A stretch of DNA of 61,460 bases, filler included, from Bdellovibrionota bacterium (GTDB taxonomy: Bacteria; Bdellovibrionota; Bdellovibrionia; Bdellovibrionales; JAEYZS01): assembly GCA_963169515.1 (NCBI GenBank). It is 4 parts of 4 records of this genome, joined end to end, with 100 filler letters (N's around TTAATTAATTAA, not from the genome) between each part and the next. Parts side by side here need not be neighbours in the genome. Positions count along the whole stretch, not along the records: positions 55,211 to 61,460 come from CAUJEF010000035.1; 3 more parts are not named here. One strand, written 5' to 3'. Every line of letters begins with the position of its first letter. Position 1 is the first letter of the stretch. The notes under the pieces are model-generated. The model worked only from the letters and a program-made list of their open reading frames with translations. It was not told the DNA's origin and ran no database searches. Of this stretch, positions 59,422 through 61,460 are shown in pieces. Both the position numbers and the translations under genes were made by a program.

Positions 59422-61224
59422 TCAGGTCTTTTCTGCTTCGATCGCAAAAAAACGGTGAAAACCTTTTACAATTCCAGGAAGAGAGTAGCCTTGTATTTTT
59501 ATATCATTGAAATGGTTGGCCAGAAGTAGCCGTTCCCACTCACCTTGTGAATACCAACGCTCTCGAAAGGGACTGTCACTTGGGTACATCCACCGACCCG
59601 ATCTCTCATAATACCGCTTCAAATACCCAAGGCCTGAGTGAATATTTCGATCAAATATAAAAACTTTCCCATTCGGCTTCAACACTCTTCGAATTTCAAT
59701 TAAAGCTTTGTCCAAATGTTTAACATGCTGAAGCACCTCAACCGTAAAAAGAATATCAATTGAACTACTTTCAATTTTTTTCAAATTATACGCTGACCCC
59801 GCCACCACATCTGCGCTTTCTAAATAAAAATATGGGTCCACGCCAATAAACTTATGCCCTGGATACTGCTGCTTCAATTTTTTAATATACTTTCCACGCC
59901 CACACCCCAGGTCCAAAATTTTTAATTGCTCGTTTTTTGTGGATATATGTTTTTTTAAAACATCTAAATTCATGTTGTCTGTATAATACAGATCGTCCGA
60001 CATTGACGTGCTCAAAAAAGAAAAGCAAGCCGCCGTCCATAACTCCTGCTCTTCTTCAAGGGGGAGCGATATTTTATCGTATTTTAACATTGCATCTATA
60101 AAAAACTTATTCCCCCAATTCACACAGCTGAATTGACTGTAGTAGCCTGATATAGGGATGCTCCCTGGAAATCCGCCACGAAGATTTTGTCCGGTAGTAA
60201 ATTGCTTTGATTTCAAATAATACAAGTTTCTAACTGCTAATTCAAAATAAGATTTGTCATTTGTAATTTCAAATAGATCTAGGCAAACACCCGCCCATTG
60301 TGCAAGACCTGTGATACATTTTTCAGTGTTCGTAACGTCCCAGTTTAAATTATATTGGGAAAACAATATTAAGTCTCGTTTTTGATTTTTAATTTTTAAT
60401 ACTTCGGCAGACTTCAGGGCCGCATTTAAATACGCGTCCTCAGATGTCAAGTGATAGCTTTCAATAAGACCTTCTATAACATAGATGATTGTGTGCAAAA
60501 CTGGATCTACGCCTTCCTGAAACTCACAATATTTAAAGAATCCATTTTCTTGTTGTTGGTTAATCGCCCAATTTAAAAAACGAGCTGCACTATCGTAGTA
60601 TTGTTGTTTTTTAGTGATTTTCCATATTTTTAAAAGCGCGGCGGCAACCCGCGTATAATACGTATGCGGCCTTGATAGATATCCAACCCGCGTCCACGTC
60701 CCATCATTATCTTGGCTAAAACACAGCCAATCTGCAGCTCTTATTGCGGCTTCTAGAAAATTTTTGTCTTTGGTTTCCGTGTAGAGATAGTTTAATCCAA
60801 TCAAACATTGGCCTGTATCAAAAGCGAGTGCCTTGCCAACGTCAATGTCACAAAAGGCGCCATCCTTTTTTTGAACCTCTAGTAACCATTTTCCCGCAGC
60901 AATAACGCTTTCTTTAAACTTTAATTCGCCGGTGGCTTTATAAACTTCATATAAAGTTGGGATGATGTAACCTGTGGTTTCAACATAAGCGGCATCCCAA
61001 CTTTTTTTTAAAACATTGTATGCTCGAGAGTAACCGCCACTTTCTGACATTTGTTGGGACAAGAGTAGCCATTCAGAGGCCAACATTATATGTTCTCTAT
61101 TTGACAAAATTAATTCGCTAGACAAAATTTTTTCACATTCTTGAAACTCAGAGTAGTTACTGATTTTAAAGAAAATATTTTTTATTTTACGCTTCAAGCC
61201 GTTTGACATAGACATCGCCTTCAT
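59422..61224 (-). CDS. Alpha/alpha-toroid repeat domain fused to class I SAM methyltransferase
   Basis: WLxxxQxxDG repeats, YVETTGYIIPTL; C-terminal ILDLGCGRG, VLQHV, RVLKPNG. Confidence 0.8.
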   Translation of the reverse strand: MKAMSMSNGLKRKIKNIFFKISNYSEFQECEKILSSELILSNREHIMLASEWLLLSQQMSESGGYSRAYNVLKKSWDAAYVETTGYIIPTLYEVYKATGELKFKESVIAAGKWLLEVQKKDGAFCDIDVGKALAFDTGQCLIGLNYLYTETKDKNFLEAAIRAADWLCFSQDNDGTWTRVGYLSRPHTYYTRVAAALLKIWKITKKQQYYDSAARFLNWAINQQQENGFFKYCEFQEGVDPVLHTIIYVIEGLIESYHLTSEDAYLNAALKSAEVLKIKNQKRDLILFSQYNLNWDVTNTEKCITGLAQWAGVCLDLFEITNDKSYFELAVRNLYYLKSKQFTTGQNLRGGFPGSIPISGYYSQFSCVNWGNKFFIDAMLKYDKISLPLEEEQELWTAACFSFLSTSMSDDLYYTDNMNLDVLKKHISTKNEQLKILDLGCGRGKYIKKLKQQYPGHKFIGVDPYFYLESADVVAGSAYNLKKIESSSIDILFTVEVLQHVKHLDKALIEIRRVLKPNGKVFIFDRNIHSGLGYLKRYYERSGRWMYPSDSPFRERWYSQGEWERLLLANHFNDIKIQGYSLPGIVKGFHRFFAIEAEKT

Positions 61225-61324
61225 TCAAAAGTAATTTTTCGTTCTATAAAAAATACTCTATGATAATCACAAAATTTAAATAGTATGCCGACTCACAATT
61301 CAATCACGATATTACCATCCGATT

Positions 61325-61459
61325 TTACAAGAAAGACAACATTTCTTCGACTCTTTGCTCCCAAGAGTTTTGCCGTGCAAATTTTTGAATTTCAGTTGAT
61401 CGCCCCTCTCCAAGGGCCTTACCCAGAGCATTTAAAAAACTTTCGTGTCCTTTACAGAT
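61325..61459 (-). CDS. C-terminus of a probable glycosyltransferase (5' truncated)
   Basis: Not in ORF track; ...FLNALGKAL...FARQNSWEQRVEEMLSFL*, a typical GT-B C-terminal helix, within a polysaccharide locus. Confidence 0.6.
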   Translation of the reverse strand: MCKGHESFLNALGKALGEGRSTEIQKFARQNSWEQRVEEMLSFL

Positions 61460-61460
61460 A

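Overview
The window is four unlinked contigs (1-15480, 15581-35911, 36012-55110, 55211-61460) joined by artificial N/TTAATTAATTAA/N linkers. Gene content suggests a Bdellovibrionota-like bacterium (inference). Contig 1: a c-type cytochrome cluster, including a Cyc2-like cytochrome-porin fusion, then smc, ppdK, glyQS, mrp, an M14 peptidase and a partial LysM transglycosylase. Contig 2: TerC, secreted hydrolases, a molybdenum-cofactor gene block and a narC-narGHJI nitrate reductase operon; narG carries one in-frame TAA. Contig 3: flhA-flhF-flhG-fliA, an RpoH-like sigma factor, hisS, aspS, a Tad secretin/ATPase pair, a hybrid kinase, a secreted Gly/Met-rich protein and an amidohydrolase. At its end lies a 46-aa cationic amphipathic ORF whose predicted mRNA has an SD-sequestering hairpin and a 5'-3' long-distance helix, and whose 3' part is repeated exactly 1365 bp away; this is the best candidate for an undescribed system (type I toxin-antitoxin-like repeat). 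Contig 4: gmhA and surface-polysaccharide genes, including a toroid-methyltransferase fusion. No rRNA, tRNA, CRISPR array or transposase was recognised.
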